From a virus (lineage: Duplodnaviria; Caudoviricetes), in IMG/VR virus record IMGVR_UViG_3300033480_000005, positions 1-44,492 of that record: DNA of 44,492 nucleotides. One strand, 5' to 3'. The stretch's first letter is position 1; each line of letters opens with the position of its first letter. The translations under genes were made by a program, and so were the position numbers. Below the pieces are notes generated by a model. The model was not told where the DNA came from, ran no database searches, and saw only the letters and a program-made list of their open reading frames with translations. Shown here piece after piece: positions 25,939 through 35,770 of this stretch.

Positions 25939-27237
25939 TCAGTTGACGATTCCGGTGACTCGGACACCCTGGCAAGGGGCATCAGTTGTCAAAACTTCGT
26001 TCGAGTAGAGTTGCATCGAATACGAACCCTTACCCCCGGTGAGTTGGAAGAGGTCATCCCCTCTACCTGGAACCTTCGAGGACAAAGGATATGCCTGCAC
26101 CCTACCAAAGATCTCAGGGTTGAACATGTAGGCCGATCCCTCCCAGATGAACGGGTGGGACACGATGTCCACAAGCACACCTTGGCAATGAACGGTGATA
26201 TCATTGGCCCCCACCGTGTACTTATTCCCCTCTTGCGAGGTGAACCGGCGGAGTCCCCCTATATCAGTGATCATCTTGGAAACTGAGTTTGGATTCATGT
26301 AGAGCTTTACGCGGCCCTCCATGCCCTTCGGAATAGCCTGCGCGGCGATTTCCTGGATCGCCTCGACACTCATAACCGTGGAGCCAACGGCATAAGAGTT
26401 GGATTGCCACAGGCTGTAGTCGGCGCACGTAATTCCGAACAAGGTGGTATTGGCAGCATTGAGAATGCTATCGATTCCCTGTTGCTCATTCCAATATGCA
26501 GTTCCCGTGACATCCCTCGTGTCCTGGAACAAAATCTTGTCCGTGGCAACAGTATCATGAAGGTCGTCTGCCTCTACCTCAGTAACATCGTTGTACTGGG
26601 AAAGGTAGAGTCTTCGATTGACCATATCCACCTTCTTGATACAGAAGGGATAATTGGTATGGTTCCTCTTGGTTGCAAAGGTAGTATCGAAGATGTCGAT
26701 ACGCATGCCTTCGGCTCCGACCCACATGGCAGGAGCCCAAGTAGCCTTTGAAATGACGATGTAGTCATTGGTTACAGTGGTATCGTCTGTGTAGGACACC
26801 GATTCGATCTCGGCCAGACCTGACTGACCATACCATCCGAGCATCTCGATACGTCGTTTGGCCGACAAGTCGAGCGACTCAATGATATGCCCAACCGAAT
26901 CAACGAACGACTGACGGCTATTTGCCCCCTTGGCTGCGGTCTCGTAATCGATACCGCACCATCCGAACATCTGGAAGCCATCGGTCGTCGCGGACTTGAT
27001 GATTCCAGGCACCGTATTGTTAAATGTTACTTCTCCACCCCCGGCTTTCTTGAAGGTGAAGCCCTGCTCTTGCTTCAGAACCACCGGCCAGTTGTAGGAT
27101 TGACCAAGTCGGCCCTTCTTGGCCGAAATATCCCTCCAGTACCGGAATTGTTCCGGCAACAGGTACTTCAGCCGGTCGGAATAGAGAATCTTATAAGAGT
27201 CATTGAGTTGGGTGACCGTATTCGGGGTCATCGTCAT
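25939..27237 (-). CDS. Major capsid protein
   Basis: Follows portal and scaffold; 432 aa; G..Y..PV....EQG.TF, YG..GLA, and GI....Y.LW motifs of HK97-fold podovirus capsids. Confidence 0.85.
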   Translation of the reverse strand: MTMTPNTVTQLNDSYKILYSDRLKYLLPEQFRYWRDISAKKGRLGQSYNWPVVLKQEQGFTFKKAGGGEVTFNNTVPGIIKSATTDGFQMFGWCGIDYETAAKGANSRQSFVDSVGHIIESLDLSAKRRIEMLGWYGQSGLAEIESVSYTDDTTVTNDYIVISKATWAPAMWVGAEGMRIDIFDTTFATKRNHTNYPFCIKKVDMVNRRLYLSQYNDVTEVEADDLHDTVATDKILFQDTRDVTGTAYWNEQQGIDSILNAANTTLFGITCADYSLWQSNSYAVGSTVMSVEAIQEIAAQAIPKGMEGRVKLYMNPNSVSKMITDIGGLRRFTSQEGNKYTVGANDITVHCQGVLVDIVSHPFIWEGSAYMFNPEIFGRVQAYPLSSKVPGRGDDLFQLTGGKGSYSMQLYSNEVLTTDAPCQGVRVTGIVN

Positions 27238-27324
27238 CGGAGTTTCTTCCTAAACGCAGCGATTTACGAGTTCAGGAAGGTATGTTTCTTGGCGTCCCGG
27301 AAAGGTGGGTGGACGCCGAACGAG

Positions 27325-28407
27325 CTATCCGTGTTCCGCCATCTCCAAGATCGATTCGTGGAAATTTCGGCGTGTCTGAATCTTTTGCCTCGGGGCTCGT
27401 TCCTGCGTTTCCTTCTGACCCTCATCCTTTTTCTGGGTAGAGGTGAAGGGAGGAGTGGAGGGAGGCTTCCGACGTTCGATTAGCTTCTTTTCGATTTCCT
27501 CGGCTCGCTTAGGATCTGACAGCAACTCGTCAATGGATGGAGGCTGGGATACCTGAGCAGTTTTCGAGGATTCTACTTCGGCTTTTACTTGAGCAACGGC
27601 CTCCTCGGGAGTTACGCCCAAATCGTAATCGAGCGACTCTTTGAGGATTTCCGTTACCTTACGAACGTTTTTCTGATTGTCCTCAAGGCCGGACGCCTTG
27701 AAGGCTTTGATGATCTGTCGTGTGTATTCTTCTTGGGTACGTTCAGCCAGGGCGGCTTGCTTTTCGGATTGAATTCGAGCCTTTTCCGCTTCCCATGACT
27801 TACGTTCTCGATCGAGCTTTTGCTTTTCTTCGTACCGGGCTAGGTCCTCGGGGTTATCACTGACCATTGCCCAAGGCCTTAGATAATCGATCATGTCTTT
27901 TCGAAGATTCGACAAACCACGATTATCGTCTCCGGAACGGTGCGAGTAGAGTTGTTCCAGAAGCCCGAATGGATCTTTCTCGAACGCCTCCTTGATGCCC
28001 TCGGCGGCTTCCGCCCGTTTGTGCGCCTCGCGGAACCTCTTATCCGCCGCCTCTTCCTTCTGGTAACGCCGGATGAGTTCATTCGCCGTTACTGTCTGTT
28101 CCTCGCCATCGACCTTGAAAGTAAAGGTTTGGGGGGCGGTGGGCGATTTGGCCTCAGTTTTTGAATCATTTTTAGGCGTTTCTGCCTTATTTTCTTTTGC
28201 AGCTTCGCCGGGCTCGCCCCCCTCCTTCTTACCCTCTCCAGAAGTTTCCGGCGACGTTTGTATTTGACCATCCTTCTTGCCTGTTTCAGACTTGGCATCG
28301 GTGGTAGTCGCCGGATTCTCTTCCTTCACTTCTACCTTGGGCATAGTCTCCTTGTTCTCGGTTGCGGTTTCGAGTTCATTCGAAATCTGGTCGCTTAAAC
28401 GTCCCAT
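27325..28407 (-). CDS. Capsid scaffolding protein
   Basis: Acidic disordered N-terminus, FKVDGEEQTVT..EL...YQK..AADKRF.EA motif, coiled coil. Confidence 0.85.
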   Translation of the reverse strand: MGRLSDQISNELETATENKETMPKVEVKEENPATTTDAKSETGKKDGQIQTSPETSGEGKKEGGEPGEAAKENKAETPKNDSKTEAKSPTAPQTFTFKVDGEEQTVTANELIRRYQKEEAADKRFREAHKRAEAAEGIKEAFEKDPFGLLEQLYSHRSGDDNRGLSNLRKDMIDYLRPWAMVSDNPEDLARYEEKQKLDRERKSWEAEKARIQSEKQAALAERTQEEYTRQIIKAFKASGLEDNQKNVRKVTEILKESLDYDLGVTPEEAVAQVKAEVESSKTAQVSQPPSIDELLSDPKRAEEIEKKLIERRKPPSTPPFTSTQKKDEGQKETQERAPRQKIQTRRNFHESILEMAEHG

Positions 28408-28452
28408 TACTTCCCTCCATAACTGGTTCGATGCATTATGTCAAACTGTAAT

Positions 28453-30480
28453 CTACTGTTTTGGTGCCTGCGGTGGCGGTGTCGCCTGCTTCGGCATTTC
28501 TACAGACGAAGGAGTACCCGGGGGAACACTCACCGCCTGCGCCGTATTTTGAGTATTTGTTGAAGGCTTTCCCACGGCCTGTGGCGGTGCAGCCATTGGT
28601 AAACCCATAGGGCCAACAGGCATAGTAAACTGAGGTGGTACAGGGTATCCAAGTGCAGCCATTGTCCTCTGAACATCCGGAAGCATAAGCAGTTGCTCAT
28701 GTTCCATTATGTGAGCCAACACGAATTGAAGAACCCGGGGGTTTGATCTCGTGTTCTTGGACCCCAGGACGGAATGATGCTCCTTAATGTGCATTACGTG
28801 GTTGTCGATACGAATAGCCGAAACTTGTTCGCCCCTTTGAAGGGCCTCATTCTCCTCGTTTATGACATTGCGTTGCGCGTCATCAGATCTGAGCAATGGT
28901 TCCAGGTTGCCAGTCTCATATACGGTTAAAAGTTGCTTGGGATTCTGGACCGCTCCCATCTGGATCAACTTCTCCGCTATGGCTTCCTTCCCGGCTGTGG
29001 TCTTCGACATTGCGTTTACAGAGTCGACCACCACCCTATCAACATATTGGAGGTCGGTTCCGGTGAACTTCTGTTGCTCGGGTTGGTTCGTCTTGCCGAT
29101 GATCGTGATGATCCGTTCGTTGGTTCCATACTGGCGAAGGGTTCGAATGGTTGCAGTTGCCACATCCTCGCCAAGTCGACCATAGGCACGCACGAATGCC
29201 GTCGCGAATTGAACGGATTTAGCATCAAGCAATGCCATAGCATTACCTGCGGTGACGCCTGTTGGCGGCTCTCCTCGTGTGCTACCCGAGATCCCAAGCA
29301 AAAGGCCCATGGTCTGGTCCAGATACTTGGCGAAATTCCAAAGGTCGGCTTGTGGGGCCAACATGGGCAATGGTTCCGGTTTCGCAGCTCCGGAAAAAAT
29401 CTGAACCCCACCCTTGGCCAAAATCGTCTTGACCTTTTCCGCACCTTCGGGAACCCATATCTTTTGGGTGGCACATGTGGAATGGTTTGTTGCGATGGAT
29501 GTCAACTCGCCATTGAGCATTTCTTGCGGGCCTTGAAGGCTAAATGCGGGTGTCCACCCGGTTCCTTGACCTACCCATTCCCCGGGCGAGATCGTGGATA
29601 TGGGGATGTCCTTGTAGGGCAACTCGGAATCAGTGAGATGCTGATCCTTGACGAATAGGGTGAAACGGCCCTTGGGAATTGCCTGTGTTCGCTTATGGAA
29701 GAACTTGTAAACCGGGATAAGGTCGTCTTTGTTGATCTCCTGTTGGCTACGGTACAGGTTGAGTCGTTCATTCTCCTCTTCCTGTACGCTTATGATTGCC
29801 TCTTCGTACTCGGGAAACTGTGAAGCAAGATCCCATTTGTTCTGGTAGACCTTCACAATAGCCCATTGGGATTCTTCCCACGGTCTTTGGTCGTTCCAAC
29901 ACACCTCATTGACCAAAGGATTACGATAAACGAGATCCCCGATTGGCTGGCCGGTCAATTGGTCCGGCTCACCGACTGATGGATCCCATTCGTGAAGCAC
30001 TAATCCTCGAGCGAAGATCAAAGAATGCCATGCCGCAGCCCTTAGATAGTCCTCGAGGTTCTTCTCGCGTTTGTAGTAGTCCAAAACCCCATCTGAAATC
30101 TTGGCCGAGGCTAAAGACTGGTCATCTGAATTCGTGGCCCTGGACTTGAGTTCCAGTTTATCCCGTGCCGCCAACTGGAAGTAATGCTCAAGAAGGTTAC
30201 GGAATTGGTTCGTTGCGAAGTGAAGCAATTCCCCCTGAGGCCCACCCACCTTGAGTTCCATGTCAATCTCGTCTGCTCCGGCCTGGAAGAATTGGCCGTG
30301 AACATAGGCAAGATTCCTGAGAACTCGTTCCCAGTAAAGAGAAGACCTACGTGTGCTTTTATGCTTACGCAACTTCTCCATCAGGCACAGAATCAAGTCC
30401 TCGGGTGGATCGGTTGCCCAGTAATGATCGGAGTAGGAATCAGACCCAGCGCCGGCATTATTTCGTACACGATTTTCCAT
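28453..30480 (-). CDS. Portal protein
   Basis: 675 aa directly after TerL; N....L...L.L...K, D..S..SA......LDYY, RG.P..GVTAG.A.ALL, DNH..HI.EH; Pro/Gln tail. Confidence 0.88.
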   Translation of the reverse strand: MENRVRNNAGAGSDSYSDHYWATDPPEDLILCLMEKLRKHKSTRRSSLYWERVLRNLAYVHGQFFQAGADEIDMELKVGGPQGELLHFATNQFRNLLEHYFQLAARDKLELKSRATNSDDQSLASAKISDGVLDYYKREKNLEDYLRAAAWHSLIFARGLVLHEWDPSVGEPDQLTGQPIGDLVYRNPLVNEVCWNDQRPWEESQWAIVKVYQNKWDLASQFPEYEEAIISVQEEENERLNLYRSQQEINKDDLIPVYKFFHKRTQAIPKGRFTLFVKDQHLTDSELPYKDIPISTISPGEWVGQGTGWTPAFSLQGPQEMLNGELTSIATNHSTCATQKIWVPEGAEKVKTILAKGGVQIFSGAAKPEPLPMLAPQADLWNFAKYLDQTMGLLLGISGSTRGEPPTGVTAGNAMALLDAKSVQFATAFVRAYGRLGEDVATATIRTLRQYGTNERIITIIGKTNQPEQQKFTGTDLQYVDRVVVDSVNAMSKTTAGKEAIAEKLIQMGAVQNPKQLLTVYETGNLEPLLRSDDAQRNVINEENEALQRGEQVSAIRIDNHVMHIKEHHSVLGSKNTRSNPRVLQFVLAHIMEHEQLLMLPDVQRTMAALGYPVPPQFTMPVGPMGLPMAAPPQAVGKPSTNTQNTAQAVSVPPGTPSSVEMPKQATPPPQAPKQ

Positions 30481-30482
30481 CG

Positions 30483-32009
30483 TCAGTTTCCTATCATGTA
30501 TTCATGCTGTTCAAGCACCTCCAAGGTATTAATGCCTGTGTCTTCCGTCGGGATAAAGATCGAGTGTTCACCCGTTCCGACGGTGAAACCTTCAACCGGA
30601 TACGGATTGGACCTCCACATTGCCCTTCTGTGACCGTAGATTAACGCGGCGAGTGCATCGCAGTGCCCCATGTCTGGATCATCAACCTTCCTCACGAATT
30701 CCTTTGGATTTGATTCGGAGTACGTGCCATTGGCTAGTTGGTAAAGCAGTCGTGTGCATTTTGGTGCCACAATCCTTATTTTCTTCTGCCGAACCGTATC
30801 CCGTAACGCGATAATCGACGCGGCCTTTTCCGTCTTGTCCACCGGCAATATGATGAAGTTGAGGAGTTCCGCCATGTCCATCTGTAGTTGAGGTGTCATG
30901 TCTGCTTCGTAAAGAATGGAATGTGGCGGATTGGGGAACACCTCTGCTGCCTTGCCCATGATTACGTCGCGCAACTTCCTAGTGTTCGACCGGTTGATCC
31001 AAACCTCATCCTCGATGACGAGTAGTTGTGCCCTCCAGTCGACGTAGTAATATAGTGCAGCGGTGTAATCTTTGTTTCCGAAGTCTATGCACACCCTGGG
31101 GAAGTAAAATGGAGGCCTTTTATAAGATTGCACCACCACAACGGAGTATGCCGGCTGAGTCTTCTCGAGGTGTTGCAACTCGGCGAATTCGGGTATGATC
31201 AATCCCCGTGGATCTGGAATCAACTCGCATAACGCCTCACGTCTCCACCAAATCGAATTCTCATCGCCGTTCTGAAGAAGTGCCCTACGATCCTCTTCAG
31301 AGAAATCAGGATTTTCGGTGATGGGAATGCACTTGTATCCGCCCTTCGCCATACTTTCGGGTATGAACCTACGAACCATTGGATGGTCCATGGTCGCCGG
31401 CGGGGTTGAAATGATGAGTAGAAGAGGCTTATGTCTCTGCGCGAAGTGGAACCTAATGATATCGTCAATGAGGTAATCCGGATCTTCCATGTCCCGGAAC
31501 TCGTCCAGGACAACGATATCCGAGGCCACACCACGTTGACGATTTCCCTTCTTGTGCTCGCTACCCTCTAAGTAGAGAGTAGAGTAAGCATCCTTGTTCC
31601 ACATTGGATTCTTGAAGACGTACTTGTTCCCTGACTGATGTGGATAAAGATGGTTAGGGCAACGACGAAGGATAAGGTCTATTTGGGGACGACTTATCTT
31701 TTCGCAGTCCTTGTCCGTTGGTGCAATGAGTCGAACCTCTTGATCCGGCAAGGCCAAGCATCGTTCAATGCAGATTGCCGCAGCTAGATAGGATTTTCCA
31801 AGCCTTCGGTGGGAGTTGACGACAAGAGGTCCGAAATCGCGTGGGTTAGATTCTTTCCATCCTCGAATCCACTTGTAGATGCTTTTCTGCCCATGTGGAC
31901 GAAGGATGTAGTCTAACTGTCCGTAGACCCATGACCAATACGGGATTTCATCTTTATTTATTGTTACCGACTCATGAGCCATTTTTCGCCCGTTCCAAGT
32001 CCTCTTCAC
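30483..32009 (-). CDS. terL: Terminase large subunit (start possibly ATG 31982)
   Basis: Walker A HRRLGKS, RG...VVLDE Walker B, coupling motif ISTP, RNase H CIDFG, C-terminal HCDAL. Confidence 0.93.
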   Translation of the reverse strand: MKRTWNGRKMAHESVTINKDEIPYWSWVYGQLDYILRPHGQKSIYKWIRGWKESNPRDFGPLVVNSHRRLGKSYLAAAICIERCLALPDQEVRLIAPTDKDCEKISRPQIDLILRRCPNHLYPHQSGNKYVFKNPMWNKDAYSTLYLEGSEHKKGNRQRGVASDIVVLDEFRDMEDPDYLIDDIIRFHFAQRHKPLLLIISTPPATMDHPMVRRFIPESMAKGGYKCIPITENPDFSEEDRRALLQNGDENSIWWRREALCELIPDPRGLIIPEFAELQHLEKTQPAYSVVVVQSYKRPPFYFPRVCIDFGNKDYTAALYYYVDWRAQLLVIEDEVWINRSNTRKLRDVIMGKAAEVFPNPPHSILYEADMTPQLQMDMAELLNFIILPVDKTEKAASIIALRDTVRQKKIRIVAPKCTRLLYQLANGTYSESNPKEFVRKVDDPDMGHCDALAALIYGHRRAMWRSNPYPVEGFTVGTGEHSIFIPTEDTGINTLEVLEQHEYMIGN

Positions 32010-32283
32010 TTGGATAGGGCAATAAGCTGGGTCCCTTTTGAGCCGTCAAGGTAGTTTTGTAGTTGGCTTGTTTCTCGGAAACGGTGATTCCAACGACGAT
32101 GGCTTTAAGAGCCGCTTCCGCCGCCTTTGAGGCTGCAATTGCAACCTGTGGATCTAGCCCCTCTGTCAAAATGAGGTCTATGATCTTGATCATGGAACGA
32201 TACACGCGCTTGGCCTGGGGGGCCAAGGTAAGTTCAGCGTTGTTCAACGCCGCGGCGCGTATAACCTCCCATTCACCTGCCAT
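31972..32283 (-). CDS. Terminase small subunit candidate
   Basis: Helical 103-aa protein immediately upstream of and overlapping terL. Confidence 0.5.
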   Translation of the reverse strand: MAGEWEVIRAAALNNAELTLAPQAKRVYRSMIKIIDLILTEGLDPQVAIAASKAAEAALKAIVVGITVSEKQANYKTTLTAQKGPSLLPYPSEEDLERAKNGS

Positions 32284-32495
32284 CAGTTGATTCCCAAGTG
32301 CGTTTGCACAAGCCCCATTACCCTCTTGATGTCCTTGCTATCCTTCATCCACGGCGGTTCGTCGTCATAAATCTGATTGACGACCTGGACGAAGGTAGAA
32401 CACGCAGAGGAGAATATCTGCGGATCGATCTTGCCACGCTGCTTAATCTTATAAGCAAGCGACTTCGCCACATCTTCGAGAAGTTTCTGTCTCAC
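32283..32495 (-). CDS. Hypothetical protein
   Basis: Start/stop-coupled to both neighbours. Confidence 0.65.
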   Translation of the reverse strand: MRQKLLEDVAKSLAYKIKQRGKIDPQIFSSACSTFVQVVNQIYDDEPPWMKDSKDIKRVMGLVQTHLGIN

Positions 32496-32914
32496 AACTT
32501 CCTCGATCCCATGTTGAAATCAGGCGGCTCTGAATTGAGTACGAAATCCGAGAAATCTTGCTGCGCATCCAACTCGGATAGTTCCTTCAGCCACCGGATA
32601 CGACGTAAGCAACGAACGTGTTTCCTGATGAACTGCGCAACTGAGCAAAGACGAATGCCTATGATATCCTCTACAATTTCAAGCCTCACACGTTTGGGGA
32701 CGTGGTTCATGAACACTTTTCTAGGAATAGAAAACATCATCGTCTTATCTCGGTTCAAAAGGTCTATGGGCCTTGGCGCTGGAATCAGAACAAACCAGTT
32801 TCTGGTAGTCTCATTCCATATGTGTGCCCAACGACCAACCACGATCCACGTAGGCTCATCCTGCGAGTAGGTAGGTACGGTATCCGGCAAAGGACAACGG
32901 TAAAGGAAGATCAT
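32492..32914 (-). CDS. Hypothetical protein
   Basis: Tiles the operon; AGGAAGGG RBS. Confidence 0.6.
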   Translation of the reverse strand: MIFLYRCPLPDTVPTYSQDEPTWIVVGRWAHIWNETTRNWFVLIPAPRPIDLLNRDKTMMFSIPRKVFMNHVPKRVRLEIVEDIIGIRLCSVAQFIRKHVRCLRRIRWLKELSELDAQQDFSDFVLNSEPPDFNMGSRKL

Positions 32915-33127
32915 TTACCCCTTCCTGTTATATTTCTTCGAAAGGAACTGCTGCGCCAGTCTGAACTGCCACATTGCATGCGTGAGCATGGCATGCTCAT
33001 CTTCAGTGACTTCGGCAAACCTACCCCACGTTGTACGGGTTGAATCCTCGTAGAAGTAGTAAGGGTTCAGCTCATCCTGCTTAATTCGTATTTTCAAAAT
33101 TGCCCTCCTTTTCAATCTGGAGTTCAA
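32915..33127 (-). CDS. Hypothetical protein (start probably near 33097)
   Basis: AGGAGG precedes a TTG near 33097; tiles the operon. Confidence 0.6.
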   Translation of the reverse strand: MNSRLKRRAILKIRIKQDELNPYYFYEDSTRTTWGRFAEVTEDEHAMLTHAMWQFRLAQQFLSKKYNRKG

Positions 33128-33305
33128 TCTCCGCCCTCATGGCCTGACGGGGCGACATCCGGGCGATATCCGCCATTTGAAGATCCTCCTCCAACTTCTT
33201 GACTTCGGCCTTTGCCTTCTCGTCGCCATCCAGGTAGTCGGCCTTGCACATCCTTTGGCACATGGCCCTGTACTTGGCCTGCCTTTCCTCGAACAAATCA
33301 CTCAT
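33081..33305 (-). CDS. Hypothetical helical protein
   Basis: ATGA overlap with the upstream gene. Confidence 0.65.
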   Translation of the reverse strand: MSDLFEERQAKYRAMCQRMCKADYLDGDEKAKAEVKKLEEDLQMADIARMSPRQAMRAEIELQIEKEGNFENTN

Positions 33306-33520
33306 AGCCCGCTGATCTCTCTTTCAGCCGCTTGGTATGCCTCTAAGGCTGCGGCAACCATGGCACCTAACATTCCGGGGTGGATGAACATCGACTCTGG
33401 CTTGCGAACGTAAAAGCCGCCATTGGGTCTTCGTTCGATACGACAGTCCACGGTAAAGATACCCGACCTAATCCTCACCGAATCACCCTGCACACTAACT
33501 ATCCGGAATTCGGCTGGCAT
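33302..33520 (-). CDS. SpoVG-like small nucleic-acid-binding protein (tentative)
   Basis: Beta strands, then NGGFYVRKP and a C-terminal helix AAALEAY, resembling SpoVG G.FV.MP...vLeaY. Confidence 0.4.
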   Translation of the reverse strand: MPAEFRIVSVQGDSVRIRSGIFTVDCRIERRPNGGFYVRKPESMFIHPGMLGAMVAAALEAYQAAEREISGL

Positions 33521-33789
33521 TTTCCTATAGGACTTTCTCGATATGGATATCGCTTCATGATTCCTATAAGAGCCCTGGGGTATATTTGAAAGTTTTCCAG
33601 TAACCTATCGAAAGATACAGAACCTATTTCCCCTTCTTTGTCCAAGTAAAGCAAATGATAAATAAAACCTTCCCTTTTTTCTGGAAACCTAAAGAATTGC
33701 GGACATATTGGAATGGGATTAATACCAGCATCTACATTTACAGTTTCTTCATCTATGCTCATGTCAGGTAATTCTCGGTGTGTTGGCAT
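33499..33789 (-). CDS. AT-rich hypothetical protein (MPTHREL...)
   Basis: Internal ATG of ORF 33499-33924 chosen to reduce overlap with 33764-33991. Confidence 0.5.
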   Translation of the reverse strand: MPTHRELPDMSIDEETVNVDAGINPIPICPQFFRFPEKREGFIYHLLYLDKEGEIGSVSFDRLLENFQIYPRALIGIMKRYPYRESPIGKCQPNSG

Positions 33790-33991
33790 AACTGTCTCTT
33801 TTCTTTTTGGTGAATCTCTCCCAGTCTTCATCCGACCATCCCTTGTCGTTGGGCTTAAGGTCTCGATAGTCGTAGTTGATAGGACCAGACCACCAGAAAC
33901 GACAACCTTTAGAACGAGGGCCATCTGGTTTTCCTAGCTGGTTCACAATTGCACCTGTTCGCCCGTTTCCAAAATGTCGACTTCCGTCCAC
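33764..33991 (-). CDS. Hypothetical protein
   Basis: Tiles the operon; start uncertain. Confidence 0.45.
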   Translation of the reverse strand: MDGSRHFGNGRTGAIVNQLGKPDGPRSKGCRFWWSGPINYDYRDLKPNDKGWSDEDWERFTKKKRDSYANTPRIT

Positions 33992-34188
33992 TTCCGAATA
34001 ACCTTCGACATTCTATTGAAGTGGGTCCCTACCAAATCCTTGAATGTCACGAACACCAGTCGGCCCTTTCGCGTGTACTTGAAGTCTGGGTCCTTTGCGG
34101 CATGCGACAAAAGTCGCTTCTTGTGGCGGCGATAAGCACTCACTGTTTTGCCTCGTCGCATTTCTTCTTGAGTTGGTCCATGAGACAT
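33943..34188 (-). CDS. Basic hypothetical protein
   Basis: Tiles the operon; start uncertain. Confidence 0.5.
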   Translation of the reverse strand: MSHGPTQEEMRRGKTVSAYRRHKKRLLSHAAKDPDFKYTRKGRLVFVTFKDLVGTHFNRMSKVIRKWTEVDILETGEQVQL

Positions 34189-34394
34189 TCCAATTCCTCA
34201 ATCCTCTTGTGAGCAAGGTCGAGGTCTGCTATGAGGTCGGCCCAACCCGCGTAGTCAATGGTGTGAGTCCAGGTAATATCATCAGGTGCTGGACCAGCGC
34301 TTACGGTGATACTCCTACCTTCATACAAGGGGCGTTTACGTGGGGTCATTGAACTTCTCCATAGGTACGAATTTACCGTTTCGCATATATCCAA
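34140..34394 (-). CDS. Hypothetical protein with C-terminal coiled coil (start likely 34349)
   Basis: GGAG precedes ATG 34349; AHKRIEELE coiled coil. Confidence 0.6.
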   Translation of the reverse strand: MDICETVNSYLWRSSMTPRKRPLYEGRSITVSAGPAPDDITWTHTIDYAGWADLIADLDLAHKRIEELECLMDQLKKKCDEAKQ

Positions 34395-34593
34395 GAGGCT
34401 CGTTTTGCTCTGCTGGAGTCCAATATTTACCGGTATTCAATTCCTTTACCGGCTCCAGGTTGGAGTGGTGCTGGCAACGACCATTTCTATCCCATTCAGT
34501 GCCGCCATAACCTTTGTCATAGTTATAGAAGCAATTCCCTTCCTCGAACCAGTAACACGTATCGCAACAAACCTTGTCAGTCATTCTCAGCAA
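34336..34593 (-). CDS. Cys-rich small protein (CDTCYWF...C...CQHH)
   Basis: CxxCxxF metal-binding pattern, similar to 34789-35022. Confidence 0.6.
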   Translation of the reverse strand: MLRMTDKVCCDTCYWFEEGNCFYNYDKGYGGTEWDRNGRCQHHSNLEPVKELNTGKYWTPAEQNEPLGYMRNGKFVPMEKFNDPT

Positions 34594-34792
34594 CCTTGTT
34601 TCTTTTCAGCCTCATTGCTTCCGGCTCAACACCACATAAATCGTGTTCCAAGAAAGCCTGGATATACGGAGCGAAAATGCCCTTAGGAGAATGGTCGACT
34701 GGACACCCTTCCTTTTCGCGTTTGGCCGTGTCGGCCTTGACCTTAGCCCAGTCTATGTGACCGTCTTGTTTGAGATAGGTCATTGTCATCAC
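34577..34792 (-). CDS. Hypothetical protein
   Basis: Coupled to the upstream stop. Confidence 0.6.
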   Translation of the reverse strand: MMTMTYLKQDGHIDWAKVKADTAKREKEGCPVDHSPKGIFAPYIQAFLEHDLCGVEPEAMRLKRNKVAEND

Positions 34793-35022
34793 TCATCGAA
34801 GAACAGATACTCTTTCTGGCCCATGCTTTCCCTGTAGCTACGTTCGAGTTTTCCTGTGTCTATTTTCACGTAGTGATTCAAGCAAGCGACATCATCCTCT
34901 TTTCGGAACTGGTTTTGGACATTCGCCTGACAACGATGCCATGGGTTCTTCGGTAAATGGTACGGATCGAAGAAATAGCACGTCCCACATGATGGTATAG
35001 CCATGCCCCACCTCCTGCGCAA
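34789..35022 (-). CDS. Cys-rich small protein (CGTCYFF...C...CLNH; start likely 35004)
   Basis: AGGAGG RBS before ATG 35004; CxxCxxF pattern. Confidence 0.6.
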   Translation of the reverse strand: MRRRWGMAIPSCGTCYFFDPYHLPKNPWHRCQANVQNQFRKEDDVACLNHYVKIDTGKLERSYRESMGQKEYLFFDE

Positions 35023-35040
35023 ACGGTCGACGACAAACCA

Positions 35041-35358
35041 TTAGACTGCCTTGATAATCAAACCGGCGAACCTCGCCACGGCTTCGATGATCTTCCAAAT
35101 GGTATCTGCTGCAATAGACTGCTCCTCATGTGCAATCAGTGCAGCCACAACCAATGACCGTGCCTTGAGCAGGTCGAAGATGTTTTTCGCCTCTGCATTA
35201 TCGCCGTTGGCAGATGCAGCCATGGCATAGGTCACTGTCGTCTTCGCGATGTCCTCTAACTCGTCCTTGTATTTTACAAGCACATCCTTGGACGAAGAAA
35301 GTGAGGACTGAAGGACCTCGAGGATGTCATCCTTGAGTTGGTTTGGATCGTACGTCAT
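35041..35358 (-). CDS. Helical protein with amphipathic C-terminus (MTYDPNQLKDD...)
   Basis: AAAGGA RBS before ATG 35358; hydrophobic C-terminal helix. Confidence 0.7.
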   Translation of the reverse strand: MTYDPNQLKDDILEVLQSSLSSSKDVLVKYKDELEDIAKTTVTYAMAASANGDNAEAKNIFDLLKARSLVVAALIAHEEQSIAADTIWKIIEAVARFAGLIIKAV

Positions 35359-35536
35359 GTTTCCTTTTGCTCCATGTTTTAAGTACCGATACCAATACGA
35401 TAGAACCCCATAACGGAGCAGTGACCCATAACCAGGACCAGTCAATGACCCCACAAAGACGCAGAGTCAAAAAGACTATAAACGTAGCCCCGGAGAGATC
35501 AATCCCCGAATTGGACGAAGAACTTGAGTCACTCAT
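35327..35536 (-). CDS. Two-TM phage membrane protein
   Basis: SSSSG.....FIVF..L.L.GVIDWSW.WV.APLW is a widespread phage family motif. Confidence 0.85.
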   Translation of the reverse strand: MSDSSSSSNSGIDLSGATFIVFLTLRLCGVIDWSWLWVTAPLWGSIVLVSVLKTWSKRKHDVRSKPTQG

Positions 35537-35770
35537 TCACCGCACCACCATTGAATCTGGGGAGTTAATTTCCTGACCACCATCAAACAGGTTGCCTTTG
35601 ATCTCGGCATAGGCAAATTTCGAAAGATCGCTTAAGTCGAACACCACACCATCTAATAGTATTTTGCAGTCTTGTATAATTAAAATTCCTTTACCTTTTT
35701 TTTTAGGACAAAACTTTACAATACGTTGGCGTTGATTGGTAGCTGAGTGATTAATGATATTTCTTGTCAT
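35537..35770 (-). CDS. AT-rich hypothetical protein
   Basis: Exactly fills the gap; ATGA overlap; lower GC than its neighbours. Confidence 0.55.
   Translation of the reverse strand: MTRNIINHSATNQRQRIVKFCPKKKGKGILIIQDCKILLDGVVFDLSDLSKFAYAEIKGNLFDGGQEINSPDSMVVR

Noticed and set aside
3095-30633. Long + strand ORFs opposite real genes (e.g. 3095-3961, 8490-9302, 11171-11866, 28933-29658)
   Set aside because: They are antisense shadows of motif-bearing - strand genes with no recognisable motifs of their own
6928-32009. Stop-codon reassignment, introns or inteins in structural genes
   Set aside because: The genes are full length and tightly coupled under the standard code, with no interruptions or intein motifs seen
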